NCBI GenBank assembly: GCA_944387385.1
Contig: CALXES010000001.1
Coordinates: 86,641 to 150,640 of the forward strand
Length of the DNA stretch: 64,000 nucleotides
From: an uncultured Clostridia bacterium
GTDB taxonomy: Bacteria > Bacillota > Clostridia > TANB77 > CAG-465
Direction: 5' to 3'
The notes beneath the pieces are model-generated. The model saw only the letters and a program-made list of their open reading frames with translations, had not been told where the DNA came from and searched no databases. This document shows, one piece after another, positions 19,398 to 29,187 of the stretch; position 1 is the stretch's first letter; each line of letters opens with the position of its first letter. The translations under genes were made by a program, and so were the position numbers.

Positions 19398-19422
19398 ATA
19401 TTTTTTGAAGGAGGAGTTTTTT

Positions 19423-21441
19423 ATGAGTCAGGCTAAATTAACACTAGATGTTAATGAGAAGCCACCAGTACTTAAATGGATCATACTTGCATTACAACAT
19501 GTTTTTGCTATGTTTGGTGCAACAATTCTTGTTCCAATATTAGTAAATAGTGCTGTTGGCGAAACAGTTTTAACAATACCTGTAGCTTTAGTTACATCAG
19601 GTATAGGTACACTTATTTATATTTTATGTACAAAGGGAAAATCTCCCGTATATCTTGGAAGCTCTTTTGCTTTTATTACACCGATTGCTGTAGGAGCTGT
19701 AAAAGCTGGTGTGGGTGGAGCTTTAACAGGTATTATGATAGTTGGTATAATTTATGTTATTGTAGCTATAATAATTAGTATTATTGGAAAAGAGTGGTTA
19801 AGCAAGATATTACCACCAATTGTAATTGGACCAATGATAATGATTATAGGATTGGGTCTTGCACCAACAGCAATATCTGAAATTGGAATAAGCTCAGATA
19901 TTTTAAATTTAGATTACAAATCAATAATTGTTGCTGTATTTACATTTATAGTAACAGCAGTAGTGATGTTAAATGGAAAAGGTTTTTTAAAAGTAATACC
20001 TTTTTTAATAGGAATGATTTCTGGATATATACTTTCTGTAATACTAGGATTAGTAGATTTTACACCAGTACTTGAGGCAGCATTTTTTAGTATTCCAGAT
20101 TTTATCTTACCATTTGTATCATATATTCCTAATTTAGATGCAGCAATGGCAATTGCACCAATAGCTCTTGTGACAATAGCAGAGCATATAGGAGATCATA
20201 CTGCTTTAAGTACAATAATTGGAAAAAATTTAATAAAAGATCCAGGACTTAATAGAACTTTACTTGGAGATGGAATTGCAACTTTTGTTGCTGGACTTTT
20301 AGGTGGACCTGCAAATACTACTTATGGAGAGAATACATCAGTTGTTGGGATGACAAAGATTGCTTCAGTTTGGGTAATTGGACTTGCAGCAATATTTGCA
20401 ATTTTACTTGGATTTTTAGGTAAATTTACTGCTCTTGTTTCAACTATTCCAAATGCAGTACTTGGTGGCGTCTCTTTAATATTATATGGATTTATTGCAG
20501 TAAATGGTCTTAAAGTATTAATAGAAAATAGAGTGGATTTTTCAAAATCAAGAAATGTAATTATAGCATCAAGTATGTTAGTACTAGGGTTAGGAGGAGC
20601 TGCTATAAATATCTCTACAGTTGCAATATCTGGAATGAGTCTTGCTGCAATTGTTGGTGTACTTTTGAATTTATTTTTACCAAAAGATAAAGAGGAAACA
20701 AAAGAAGAAAAATTTGAAAATATTGATGTAGAAAATTTAGATAGAAAAATTGAAAATGAAGTTAAACAAGAAGGTGAAAATGTGAAAGAAGAAGTTGAAG
20801 AAAAAATTGAAAAAGAAGATATAGTTATTTTAGATCATCCATTAGTTGAACATAAGTTATCAATACTTAGAGATAAAAATACGGGAACAAAGGAGTTTAG
20901 AGAGCTTGTAAGTGAACTTGGTATGTTTTTGTGTTATGAGGCAATGAGAGATGCAACTTTAGATGATGTAGAGATTGAAACACCATTACAAAAAATATCT
21001 AGTAAAAGACTTAACGAGGACAAATATGCTTTTTTACCAATATTAAGAGCTGGAACTGGTATGTTAGATGGACTTATTAAAGTAATACCAAATGCAAAGA
21101 TTGGGCATATTGGTATGTATAGAAACGAAGAAACACTTGAACCAGTAAGATATTTTTTCAAAGTACCATCAGATATAAAGTCAAGAGAGGTATTAATTCT
21201 TGATCCTATGCTTGCAACAGGAGGATCAGGTTGTGATGCAATAGATCAATTAAAAAAAGAAGGAGTAACAAAAATTAAATTTTTATGTTTAATTGCTGCA
21301 CCAGAAGGAGTTAAAAAAATGCAAGATGAGCATCCAGATGTAAAAATATATTGTGCAGCACTTGATGAAAAATTAAACGAAAAAGGATATATACTACCAG
21401 GACTTGGAGATGCTGGAGATAGAATCTTTGGTACAAAGTAG
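19423..21441 (+). CDS. upp: Fusion protein: uracil permease (NCS2, PyrP/UraA-like) + uracil phosphoribosyltransferase (Upp)
   Basis: ATG 19423 after a GGAGG RBS. A ~420-aa polytopic permease domain and a ~50-aa Glu/Lys-rich linker (about 20680-20830). The complete Upp domain follows ([52 protein letters not shown]). Confidence 0.88.
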   Translation: MSQAKLTLDVNEKPPVLKWIILALQHVFAMFGATILVPILVNSAVGETVLTIPVALVTSGIGTLIYILCTKGKSPVYLGSSFAFITPIAVGAVKAGVGGALTGIMIVGIIYVIVAIIISIIGKEWLSKILPPIVIGPMIMIIGLGLAPTAISEIGISSDILNLDYKSIIVAVFTFIVTAVVMLNGKGFLKVIPFLIGMISGYILSVILGLVDFTPVLEAAFFSIPDFILPFVSYIPNLDAAMAIAPIALVTIAEHIGDHTALSTIIGKNLIKDPGLNRTLLGDGIATFVAGLLGGPANTTYGENTSVVGMTKIASVWVIGLAAIFAILLGFLGKFTALVSTIPNAVLGGVSLILYGFIAVNGLKVLIENRVDFSKSRNVIIASSMLVLGLGGAAINISTVAISGMSLAAIVGVLLNLFLPKDKEETKEEKFENIDVENLDRKIENEVKQEGENVKEEVEEKIEKEDIVILDHPLVEHKLSILRDKNTGTKEFRELVSELGMFLCYEAMRDATLDDVEIETPLQKISSKRLNEDKYAFLPILRAGTGMLDGLIKVIPNAKIGHIGMYRNEETLEPVRYFFKVPSDIKSREVLILDPMLATGGSGCDAIDQLKKEGVTKIKFLCLIAAPEGVKKMQDEHPDVKIYCAALDEKLNEKGYILPGLGDAGDRIFGTK

Positions 21442-21509
21442 TTATTAAAATTGTAATTTTTTTGTGTAAAAGATTGAATAATTTTATTAAATAATTATAT
21501 TATAGTATT

Positions 21510-22757
21510 ATGGTTAAAAAAATTTTGTTAATACTAATTATTTGTATAATATATATAAATACTAATGTTTTTGCTATAGAAAATTTAGAGCTAAATTCTA
21601 AGTATTATGGAATATATTCACTTGACAATTTAGAAGAGATGTATTCTAAAGATAGTAAACAAAAGGTTCCTATTGCAAGTATTACAAAGGTAATGACAGC
21701 TATTGTGTGTATAGAGAATATTGAAGATCTAAATCAAACAGTTATTGTAGATTTGCCTAGTGTTCAAAAGTATTATGATGAGGAATATTCTGTTGCAGGA
21801 CTTGAGGATGGTCAAGAAATATCATATTATGACTTGATTGGGACAATGCTTATTCCATCGGGAGCAGATAGTGCAGCTTGTATTGCCTTAAATGTATTTG
21901 GAGATTATGCAAAATTTATTGAAGAGATGAATAATAAAGCAAAACAATTAGGAATGAATGAAACATCTTTTGCTAACCCTATAGGTGCAGATGATGAAAA
22001 TAATTATTCTACAGTTTATGATGTGGCTTTAATGATGAAGTATGCATATGAAAATGAAATACTAAGAGATTTTATGTCTGCGTATGAATATACAACAAAA
22101 GATGGAAGTATAACAGTAAAGAATGCATTATTTGTCTTAGCAAATTTATATGGAATAGATGTAAGTAAAATATCTGGTGGAAAAACAGGAATGACAGGAG
22201 ACGCAGGATATTGTCTTGCAAGCTATTCAGAAAATACTGAAAAACCTTTAATTTGTATTGTATTAGGATGTGATATTGTACCAGGTACACTATATCATTT
22301 AGAAGATAGTCAGAAATTATATAATATTATAGATGAAAGTTATAAATTTGAAAATATTTTTTCAAAGGGTGATAGAATTTTAACATTACCAACATATCAT
22401 AGTACAAAGCAAAATGTATCTGTTTGTGTAAATGAAGACGTTAAAGCATATATACCAAATGATTCTGTAATTGATTTTGAAAATGTTAAAATAGATTATT
22501 CAGGAGTTGAACTGTTAACTTCGAAAAATAAGATTGGTGATGTGATTGGAAGTGCAGGTATATACTATGAAAATAAATATTTAGGGGATGTTGACGTTGT
22601 AGTAGGAGAAGAGGTAAAATTTAGTATTTTAAACTGGTCGAAGGATAATACTACATATTTAATAATGTTTGAAATAGTTGTTATACTAGTATTAATATAT
22701 ATACTAAAAAAGAAAAATTCAATTTCAAAAAAGAAACAAGTACTTAATAGATTTTAA
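21510..22757 (+). CDS. D-alanyl-D-alanine carboxypeptidase (PBP5-type serine peptidase S11)
   Basis: Signal peptide, SxxK (SITK), a KTG triad (GGKTGMTG) and a C-terminal TM anchor. Confidence 0.88.
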   Translation: MVKKILLILIICIIYINTNVFAIENLELNSKYYGIYSLDNLEEMYSKDSKQKVPIASITKVMTAIVCIENIEDLNQTVIVDLPSVQKYYDEEYSVAGLEDGQEISYYDLIGTMLIPSGADSAACIALNVFGDYAKFIEEMNNKAKQLGMNETSFANPIGADDENNYSTVYDVALMMKYAYENEILRDFMSAYEYTTKDGSITVKNALFVLANLYGIDVSKISGGKTGMTGDAGYCLASYSENTEKPLICIVLGCDIVPGTLYHLEDSQKLYNIIDESYKFENIFSKGDRILTLPTYHSTKQNVSVCVNEDVKAYIPNDSVIDFENVKIDYSGVELLTSKNKIGDVIGSAGIYYENKYLGDVDVVVGEEVKFSILNWSKDNTTYLIMFEIVVILVLIYILKKKNSISKKKQVLNRF

Positions 22758-22769
22758 TACAAAAGTTAA

Positions 22770-22803
22770 AAATGAGCTCGTTTATTTAATGAGCTCATTT
22801 CTA
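22770..22803 (+). terminator. Probable terminator
   Basis: 10-bp stem AAATGAGCTC / GAGCTCATTT with an 11-nt loop and a weak T tail. Confidence 0.55.
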
Positions 22804-22818
22804 ATTCTACATAAAAAC

Positions 22819-22847
22819 TTGAAAAAATAATTGTTTTTTAGTATAAT
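22819..22847 (+). promoter_or_regulatory. Sigma-A promoter
   Basis: TTGAAA, 17 nt, TATAAT. Confidence 0.6.
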
Positions 22848-22868
22848 AGTAGCACTAGGAGTTTTAGT

Positions 22869-23186
22869 ATGTTTGTAAAAAATGATAATGAATTTATTTG
22901 TGTAAATTGTAATAATAAAGTTGAGAAATTAAAATATACTTCAAGAGATCACTGCAATCACTGCTTATATTCTATTCACGTAGATATTACGCCAGGAGAT
23001 AGAGCAAATAGTTGTAAAGGACTTTTAGTTCCAATAAATGTTATTGAAACACCAAAAAAGGGTAAAGTGATAATTTATAGATGTAATAAATGTGGTCAAG
23101 AAGTAAGAAATATTGTTGCTTTAGATGATAGTAAGGATGCTATTTATAAAGTAGTAGAAAATTATGCAAAAGGAGTTGTTAGATAA
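22869..23186 (+). CDS. RNHCP-domain zinc-ribbon protein
   Basis: 105 aa. CVNC...RDHCNHCLYSIHVD...CNKCG matches the RNHCP-domain pattern. Confidence 0.75.
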   Translation: MFVKNDNEFICVNCNNKVEKLKYTSRDHCNHCLYSIHVDITPGDRANSCKGLLVPINVIETPKKGKVIIYRCNKCGQEVRNIVALDDSKDAIYKVVENYAKGVVR

Positions 23187-23302
23187 AGGTGAAGTATGTA
23201 AAAGTGTTGTATAGATATGTAGTGAGAAAACGTAGATGGGAGTAATCCCATGAGTACTTAAAATCAAACTAAATATTTATATAATGAAAGGTGTAGATAA
23301 AA

Positions 23303-25024
23303 ATGGAAGAAATTAAATTAAATATAGCTAATATGATTTATAAAGCATTAAATAATAATGATGTGACTTTAGATGAAATTAAAGAAAAGATAGAAGTTCC
23401 CAAAGATAAGCAAAATGGAGATTTTTCATATCCTTGTTTTAACTTAGCAAAAGTATTAAGAAATTCACCAGTTAATATAGCAAATAATATTAAAAATGAG
23501 ATTGTTTTAGATGAGTCTGTATCTAAAATTGAAGTGGTAAATGGTTTCTTAAACTTTTATTTAAATAATGATAATATTGTTAGTGATGTATTAAGTAAAA
23601 TTGTGTCTCAAAAGGAGAAATATGGATCTACAAAAGAAGGAAATGGAATAAATATAATTGTTGAATATTCATCACCAAATATTGCTAAACCATTTCACTT
23701 AGGACATTTTAGAAATACGGTCCTTGGTAAAGCATTATATGATTTATATGAAACCTTAGGATATAATGTTACAGGAATTAATCATTTAGGTGATTGGGGA
23801 AGACAATTTGGAATATTAATTGAAGGGTATAAAAGATTTAAAGACGAATATAATTTTGATGAAAATCCACTTGAAGCTTTATCTGATATTTATGTAAGAA
23901 TAAATAAAATAGCAAAAGAAGATGAAGTTGTTATGAATCAAGCTCGTGAAAACTTTAAAAAACTTGAACAAGGAGATAAAGAGCTTACAAAATTATGGAA
24001 GTATTTTAGAGAAGTTTCTCTTAAGGAATATAAAAGAATATATGATTTGTTGGGAAGTAGATTTGATTCATATAACGGTGAAGCTTTTTATAATGATAAA
24101 ATGGATGAAGTTGTTGAAATATTAGATAAAAAAGGTGTTTTAAAAGATAGTCAAGGAGCTAAAGTAGTTGAAGTGGGAGATAATATGCCTCCATGTATAG
24201 TATTAAAATCTAACGGCTCAACAATATATGCTACTCGTGATTTAGCAGCTATATTATATAGAGCAAGAACATATGATTTTACAAAATGTATATATATAAC
24301 AGCAACAGAACAGATATTGCATTTTAAACAAGTTTTTGAAGTTGCCAAGTATTTAGTTGATGAAAAATATCAAAAAGGTTTGGTACACGTAGCCTATGGT
24401 ATGATTAGATTAAAGACTGGTAAGATGTCAACACGAGAAGGAAATGTAATATATATAAATGATTTGATTGAAGAGGCAATAAGTAAAGCAAGAGACATTA
24501 TGATTACAAAAAATCCAGAACTTGAAAATATTGATGAAGTATCTAAAAAAATAGGTCTTGGTGCATTAATATTTAATTATTTAAAGACAACAAAAAATAG
24601 AGAAATTATCTTTGATTTAGATGAGAGTTTAAGATTTGACGGAGAGACTGGGCCATATGTTCAATATACTTATGTAAGAACAAAATCAATTTTAGAAAAG
24701 GTTGGATTTAATATTCAAGATATAGATAATAGTAATATGGACTATACTTTGTTAAAAGAAAAACAAGAAGTTGATTTAATAAAAGAACTTGAAAAATTTG
24801 AATCTATTATTAGAAAAGCTGCAAATGAATATGAGCCATCTGTTCTAGCAAGATACCTAATAGATGTTTCTGTAGCTTTTTCAAGATTTTATAATGAATG
24901 TAGTGTTGCAAATATCAATGATGAAAAGCTAAAGCAAGCAAGATGTGTACTTGTTTATGCAACATCAATAGTAATAAAAAAAGGACTTTCAATACTTGGA
25001 ATAGAATGTCCAGAAAAAATGTAA
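23303..25024 (+). CDS. argS: Arginine--tRNA ligase
   Basis: 573 aa. Class I HIGH-like PFHLGHFRN, KMSK-like GKMSTREG and a C-terminal DALR anticodon-binding region. Confidence 0.95.
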   Translation: MEEIKLNIANMIYKALNNNDVTLDEIKEKIEVPKDKQNGDFSYPCFNLAKVLRNSPVNIANNIKNEIVLDESVSKIEVVNGFLNFYLNNDNIVSDVLSKIVSQKEKYGSTKEGNGINIIVEYSSPNIAKPFHLGHFRNTVLGKALYDLYETLGYNVTGINHLGDWGRQFGILIEGYKRFKDEYNFDENPLEALSDIYVRINKIAKEDEVVMNQARENFKKLEQGDKELTKLWKYFREVSLKEYKRIYDLLGSRFDSYNGEAFYNDKMDEVVEILDKKGVLKDSQGAKVVEVGDNMPPCIVLKSNGSTIYATRDLAAILYRARTYDFTKCIYITATEQILHFKQVFEVAKYLVDEKYQKGLVHVAYGMIRLKTGKMSTREGNVIYINDLIEEAISKARDIMITKNPELENIDEVSKKIGLGALIFNYLKTTKNREIIFDLDESLRFDGETGPYVQYTYVRTKSILEKVGFNIQDIDNSNMDYTLLKEKQEVDLIKELEKFESIIRKAANEYEPSVLARYLIDVSVAFSRFYNECSVANINDEKLKQARCVLVYATSIVIKKGLSILGIECPEKM

Positions 25025-25041
25025 TATAACATATAATTTTT

Positions 25042-25073
25042 AATGAACTAGAGAAATCTAGTTCATTTTTTTG
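25042..25073 (+). terminator. Rho-independent terminator after argS
   Basis: 10-bp stem AATGAACTAG / CTAGTTCATT followed by T7. Confidence 0.85.
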
Positions 25074-25258
25074 TTTTGCAACCTAAAATGTACAAAAAAC
25101 AACTATAAATTGGTAGAACGCAACTGATTGATTAAGTATAATTTTTTGTAAAGAGGAGGATATAATGTATGAAATAGACAAAAAATAATATAAAGTCATT
25201 TTAATGTCATTTAGAAGTTATATAATTTAATTATAATAATGTTAGGAGGAGATATAAT

Positions 25259-26293
25259 ATGGTAACAGTTAATATTATGTCTGGTGCAGATAAAATTAAA
25301 GGTCAAGGAGTTTTATCTGCTCATGATGAACAAGTTAATTTAGTAAAAGAGATAAAAGATTTTAATATAGAAGAAAATAAGATTGAAAGATGTGATATAA
25401 CACACTTTCATACAGTAAATTTAGAATATTTTTTATTATTACCATTTTTAAAAAATAAATCTACTACAGTAGGATATGTGCATTTTGTTCCAGAAACTTT
25501 GGAAAATAGTTTACATCTTTTTAAACCATTTAAACAGATATTTTATAAATATTTAATAAAGTTTTATAGTAGTATGGATAAATTAGTTGTTGTTAATCCG
25601 TATTTTATAGATATTTTAAATAATTATGGAATAGAAAAAAATAAGATTAAATATATACCAAATTTTGTCTCATCAGATAATTTTTATAAAAAGAGTAATA
25701 AGGAAAAAGAAGAACTAAGAGATATGTTTGATATACCTAAAGATAAGTTTGTTGTTCTATCTGTGGGACAACTTCAAAAAAGAAAAGGTGTTTTAGAATT
25801 AATAGAGCTTGCAAGAAGTATGCCAGATATAGAGTTTTTATGGGCAGGAGCTGCTGTATTTGGAAAAATGAGTGAAGGATATGAAGAGATTAAAGAGGCT
25901 ATTTCTAATAATTTACCTAATAATGTTCATTTCCTAGGATTAATTAATAGAAATAGAATGAATGATATATATAATTTAGCAGATATTATGTTTTTGCCTT
26001 CATATGAAGAGCTTTTTCCTATGTGTATTTTAGAAGCTATGTGTGTAAATTTACCAATTTTAACAAGAGATTTAGACATATATAATGGAATATTATTTGA
26101 TTTTTATACTTGTGCAGACAATAATGACGAGTTTAAAAAACTAATATTAAAGCTTAGAGATGATAAAGATTTTTATGATAAGATGAGTAAAAAATCAAGA
26201 GATGGAAATAGATACTATAGCAAGGACAGTGTTAAACATATGTGGGAGGAATTTTACAAAGAATGTGTAAGAGGTAATAATAATGGAAAATAA
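25259..26293 (+). CDS. GT-B fold glycosyltransferase (family 4-like)
   Basis: 344 aa. C-terminal EX7E region (EELFPMCILEAM). AGGAGG RBS. Confidence 0.8.
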   Translation: MVTVNIMSGADKIKGQGVLSAHDEQVNLVKEIKDFNIEENKIERCDITHFHTVNLEYFLLLPFLKNKSTTVGYVHFVPETLENSLHLFKPFKQIFYKYLIKFYSSMDKLVVVNPYFIDILNNYGIEKNKIKYIPNFVSSDNFYKKSNKEKEELRDMFDIPKDKFVVLSVGQLQKRKGVLELIELARSMPDIEFLWAGAAVFGKMSEGYEEIKEAISNNLPNNVHFLGLINRNRMNDIYNLADIMFLPSYEELFPMCILEAMCVNLPILTRDLDIYNGILFDFYTCADNNDEFKKLILKLRDDKDFYDKMSKKSRDGNRYYSKDSVKHMWEEFYKECVRGNNNGK

Positions 26294-26876
26294 TAAAACA
26301 AGAAGAATAATTAATATAATAACTGTTTTTGGTACAATTTTAATGTGTATATTCTTTTATTATGCATTAAAGGCAGAAATTTTTACATCCGAAGAAAAAA
26401 TGAAGATATTTCTTGAAAAAGGAGGAGTATTTGCTCCAATTATATTTGTAATAATTCAAATAGTTCAAGTGGTTATACCGCTAATTCCTGGTGGAATAAG
26501 TCAGGGAGTAGGAGTACTTGTTTTTGGTCCGTTATGGGGATTTGTATATAATTATGTTGGAATTGTTATTGGATCAATTATAGTATTTTTTATTGCTAGA
26601 AAATATGGAATGAAATTAATAAAAAAAATGTTTAAAAAAGAGCTTATAGATAAATATATCAATTGGCTTGATAAAGGAAAGAAATTTGAAAAATTCTTTG
26701 CTCTTGCCATATTTTTTCCAATTGCTCCGGATGATTTTTTGTGTTATCTTGCAGGAGTTACAAATATGAATGCTAAGACATATATAGCAATTATTGTATT
26801 GCTTAAGCCATTTACGATTTTTATGTATAGTGCATTTTTAGTTTTAGTTTCAAAAACATTTTTTAGTTTAATTTAA
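26283..26876 (+). CDS. TVP38/TMEM64 (DedA-related, SNARE-associated) membrane protein
   Basis: 197 aa with multiple TM segments; motifs IPLIPGG and PDDFLCYLAGVT. Overlaps the glycosyltransferase stop by 11 nt. Confidence 0.8.
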   Translation: MENNKTRRIINIITVFGTILMCIFFYYALKAEIFTSEEKMKIFLEKGGVFAPIIFVIIQIVQVVIPLIPGGISQGVGVLVFGPLWGFVYNYVGIVIGSIIVFFIARKYGMKLIKKMFKKELIDKYINWLDKGKKFEKFFALAIFFPIAPDDFLCYLAGVTNMNAKTYIAIIVLLKPFTIFMYSAFLVLVSKTFFSLI

Positions 26877-26884
26877 AAAAGTTT

Positions 26885-26915
26885 ATAGCCTTGAAAATTA
26901 TTCAAGGCTATTTTG
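26885..26915. terminator. Bidirectional terminator between convergent genes
   Basis: 11-bp stem ATAGCCTTGAA / TTCAAGGCTAT flanked by an A-run and a T-run. Confidence 0.8.
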
Positions 26916-27212
26916 CTATAATAAAATAAATTTTGTGAAAATAAAATAGATACAAATTAGATTTACAACTAGAAAGCAAGGAATACCGTACTTAAACTGT
27001 GGATGTAAAGTCTTGTGCCTAAAAGTATACATTCCAATTAGCGAACCAATACTTCCTCCAAGAAGTGGTATAAGAAGTAGAGTCTTTTCAGGAATTCTCC
27101 ACATGCTATGCTTTGCCTTGAATTTGTCTATTGCCATAGATAAAAATCCAATTACATTAATTATTGAAAAATAAATAAGAAAGATTTTTAAATATTCCAT
27201 ATTACATTCCAT
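26916..27212 (-). CDS. DUF1294-family membrane protein
   Basis: 98 aa. DKFKAKHSMWRIPEKTLL...GGSIGSLIGMYTFRHKT matches the DUF1294 signature. GAGGTG RBS. Confidence 0.8.
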   Translation of the reverse strand: MECNMEYLKIFLIYFSIINVIGFLSMAIDKFKAKHSMWRIPEKTLLLIPLLGGSIGSLIGMYTFRHKTLHPQFKYGIPCFLVVNLICIYFIFTKFILL

Positions 27213-27258
27213 ATAAACACCTCATTTTCAATTATTATATAAAATAATTAGAAATTAA

Positions 27259-27954
27259 TCAATCTTTTCTAAGAATTCTATTTTTTCTATTGTGCTTATA
27301 GTGTCTAATATCAAACATAATTACATATATTAAGAAATCTTCCTCGTAGAGTTTATATTCTTCAATAATTTTAAATTGTGATTTAAAATATGCTATATGC
27401 TCAATATATTCACTAACTAGTAAAGAGGAATTCATTTTTCCTTCTTTGTAATTTTCTGCTTGATTTTTGGCATTAAGAATTCTTGCTAAAGTTTTAGATC
27501 TATATATATCATCACTTATATCAAGTAATCCGCATAGCTGTAAAATAGCAATATAGCTATTTAATTTAAAGTGAATAACATCATAAATTGTCTGAGATGA
27601 AAAGTCATTTTCATATGCAACATTTTCAAGTAGTTGGTAAAAACTATTTAATTCTTTTATTGCATTTTCAATTAGCTTCTTTGTAAGACTTATCGTTGGG
27701 GCTTTTACGTTTATACTGCTAATCTTTCCATTTAAAAAAAGATTTAAATCTTTATCGTATTTATAGATACATAATGTTAATTGATCTTCAAAACCTTTTG
27801 GATTTTCACCAAACTCCTTTCTTATATCATTTAAATAATAGACAAAATTATCTTTTACTGGGGTATCACAAGACATTATTCTTATTGTCCTGGTATCCTT
27901 TTTATTTTGTGTATCAATTTTTAGTAATGCTTTTATTTTTTCCTTAGTAAGCAT
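27259..27954 (-). CDS. Hypothetical protein
   Basis: Track ORF trimmed to the Met preceded by a GGAGG RBS (MLTKEKIKALL...). No recognisable motif. Confidence 0.6.
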   Translation of the reverse strand: MLTKEKIKALLKIDTQNKKDTRTIRIMSCDTPVKDNFVYYLNDIRKEFGENPKGFEDQLTLCIYKYDKDLNLFLNGKISSINVKAPTISLTKKLIENAIKELNSFYQLLENVAYENDFSSQTIYDVIHFKLNSYIAILQLCGLLDISDDIYRSKTLARILNAKNQAENYKEGKMNSSLLVSEYIEHIAYFKSQFKIIEEYKLYEEDFLIYVIMFDIRHYKHNRKNRILRKD

Positions 27955-28127
27955 ATAACTACCTCCTTTATTAAAATAGGTACATAACATAAAAACCTTG
28001 TATAAATTATACTGTATATTGCAATAAAAGTAAAGAGAAAACTAAAAAGTTACATAATCATACACTTTTAGATAAAATAATATATAATTTTTTAAAACAT
28101 AATTTGTTATTAAATTCAAACTTATTC

Positions 28128-28156
28128 TTGACTTTTTATTTTAACTATTATATAAT
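28128..28156 (+). promoter_or_regulatory. rpmF promoter
   Basis: TTGACT, 17 nt, TATAAT. Confidence 0.65.
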
Positions 28157-28235
28157 ATACGAGTAACAAATTAATTTTAGAGAAAATACCTATGCTAAGC
28201 ATAGTCGTATATGGCTTTTAAGGAGGGAATATAAA

Positions 28236-28430
28236 ATGGCACAACCAAAAAGAAGATGGTCAAAACAAAGAACACATACAAAACGTTCAACATGGAAATT
28301 AGAAGAGACAAATTTATCTACTTGCGCTAATTGTGGAGAACCAGTACTTTCACACAAAGCATGTCCTTCTTGTGGATATTACAATAAAAAACAAGTAGTT
28401 GAAATTAAAGAACAAAAAGAAAACGCTTAA
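28236..28430 (+). CDS. rpmF: 50S ribosomal protein L32 (zinc-ribbon form)
   Basis: MAQPKRRWSKQRT N-terminus and CxxC...CxxC (CANCG...CPSCG). AGGAGG RBS. Confidence 0.95.
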   Translation: MAQPKRRWSKQRTHTKRSTWKLEETNLSTCANCGEPVLSHKACPSCGYYNKKQVVEIKEQKENA

Positions 28431-28440
28431 TTACAAAAGT

Positions 28441-28467
28441 AACTCCACATTTTTGTGGAGTTTTTTC
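28441..28467 (+). terminator. Rho-independent terminator after rpmF
   Basis: 9-bp stem AACTCCACA / TGTGGAGTT followed by T6. Confidence 0.8.
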
Positions 28468-28485
28468 GTGTTTTGGAGGAGTTTT

Positions 28486-29187
28486 ATGCAAGATTTAAAA
28501 ATACTATATGAAGATAATCATATAATAGTAGTTGTAAAAAATCCTGGTATTCCTGTACAGGCAGATAAAACAGGAGATATGGATATGCTAACTATTATAA
28601 AAGAGTATATTAAAGAAAAGTACAAAAAACCAGGAAATGTGTATTTGGGACTTGTTCATAGATTAGATAGAATGGTAGGAGGAGTTATGGTATTTGCAAA
28701 GACTTCAAAAGCAGCTTCAAGAATATCTGAATATATTAGACAAAAAAATGTAAAAAAGAAGTATTTTGCAATTGTTAACGGTTATTTGCCCATTTCGGAT
28801 AATAATATAAAACTTAATGATTATTTAGTAAAAAATGAAAGACTAAATATGTCTAGAGTTGTAGAAAAAGGATATAAGGGTTCTAAAGAGGCAATTCTTG
28901 AATATAAAGTACTAAAAAACTTTGAATATAATGGAAAAAAATATTCTCTTGTTGACATAGATTTACATACTGGACGTCATCATCAAATTAGAGTTCAATT
29001 TGCAAATATTGGACATCCTTTATACGGAGATATAAAATATGGGCAAAAGATAAATAAAGTAGGACAAAATCTAGCTTTATTTTCATATTATTTGTCTTTT
29101 TTTCATCCAACAAAAGATGAGTATCTTGAATTTAAGTTTATGCCAAATGAGTTAGAAAAAAAAGATAAGATATGGGATGTGATATAA
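28486..29187 (+). CDS. RluA-family pseudouridine synthase
   Basis: Track ORF trimmed to MQDLKILYED after a GGAGG RBS. Catalytic HRLDRMVGG and HTGRHHQIR motifs. Confidence 0.88.
   Translation: MQDLKILYEDNHIIVVVKNPGIPVQADKTGDMDMLTIIKEYIKEKYKKPGNVYLGLVHRLDRMVGGVMVFAKTSKAASRISEYIRQKNVKKKYFAIVNGYLPISDNNIKLNDYLVKNERLNMSRVVEKGYKGSKEAILEYKVLKNFEYNGKKYSLVDIDLHTGRHHQIRVQFANIGHPLYGDIKYGQKINKVGQNLALFSYYLSFFHPTKDEYLEFKFMPNELEKKDKIWDVI

Noticed and set aside
23187-23302. Possible T-box or other riboswitch leaders upstream of argS (23187-23302), glyQS (49665-49677) and lysS (53454-53473).
   Set aside because: The argS leader is only ~115 nt. It has one small hairpin (ATGGGA-GTAA-TCCCAT) but no specifier-loop/T-box sequence and no terminator-antiterminator pair. 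glyQS and lysS have only 13-20 nt of upstream spacer, so there is no room for a leader RNA.
25165-25188. A 7-codon mini-ORF (MYEIDKK) with a strong GAGGAGG RBS in the leader of the glycosyltransferase operon; a similar tiny ORF (GTG, 6 codons) lies at ~63404-63424.
   Set aside because: They are too short to evaluate, no associated terminator or antiterminator structure was found, and they could arise by chance in AT-rich DNA.
28186-28210. A small stem-loop (CTATGC-TAA-GCATAG, extendable with ATAC/GTAT) in the rpmF 5' UTR, considered as a possible ribosomal-protein autoregulatory leader.
   Set aside because: It is a short hairpin with no known L32 leader motif to compare against from memory, and it cannot be distinguished from a chance structure without comparative data.
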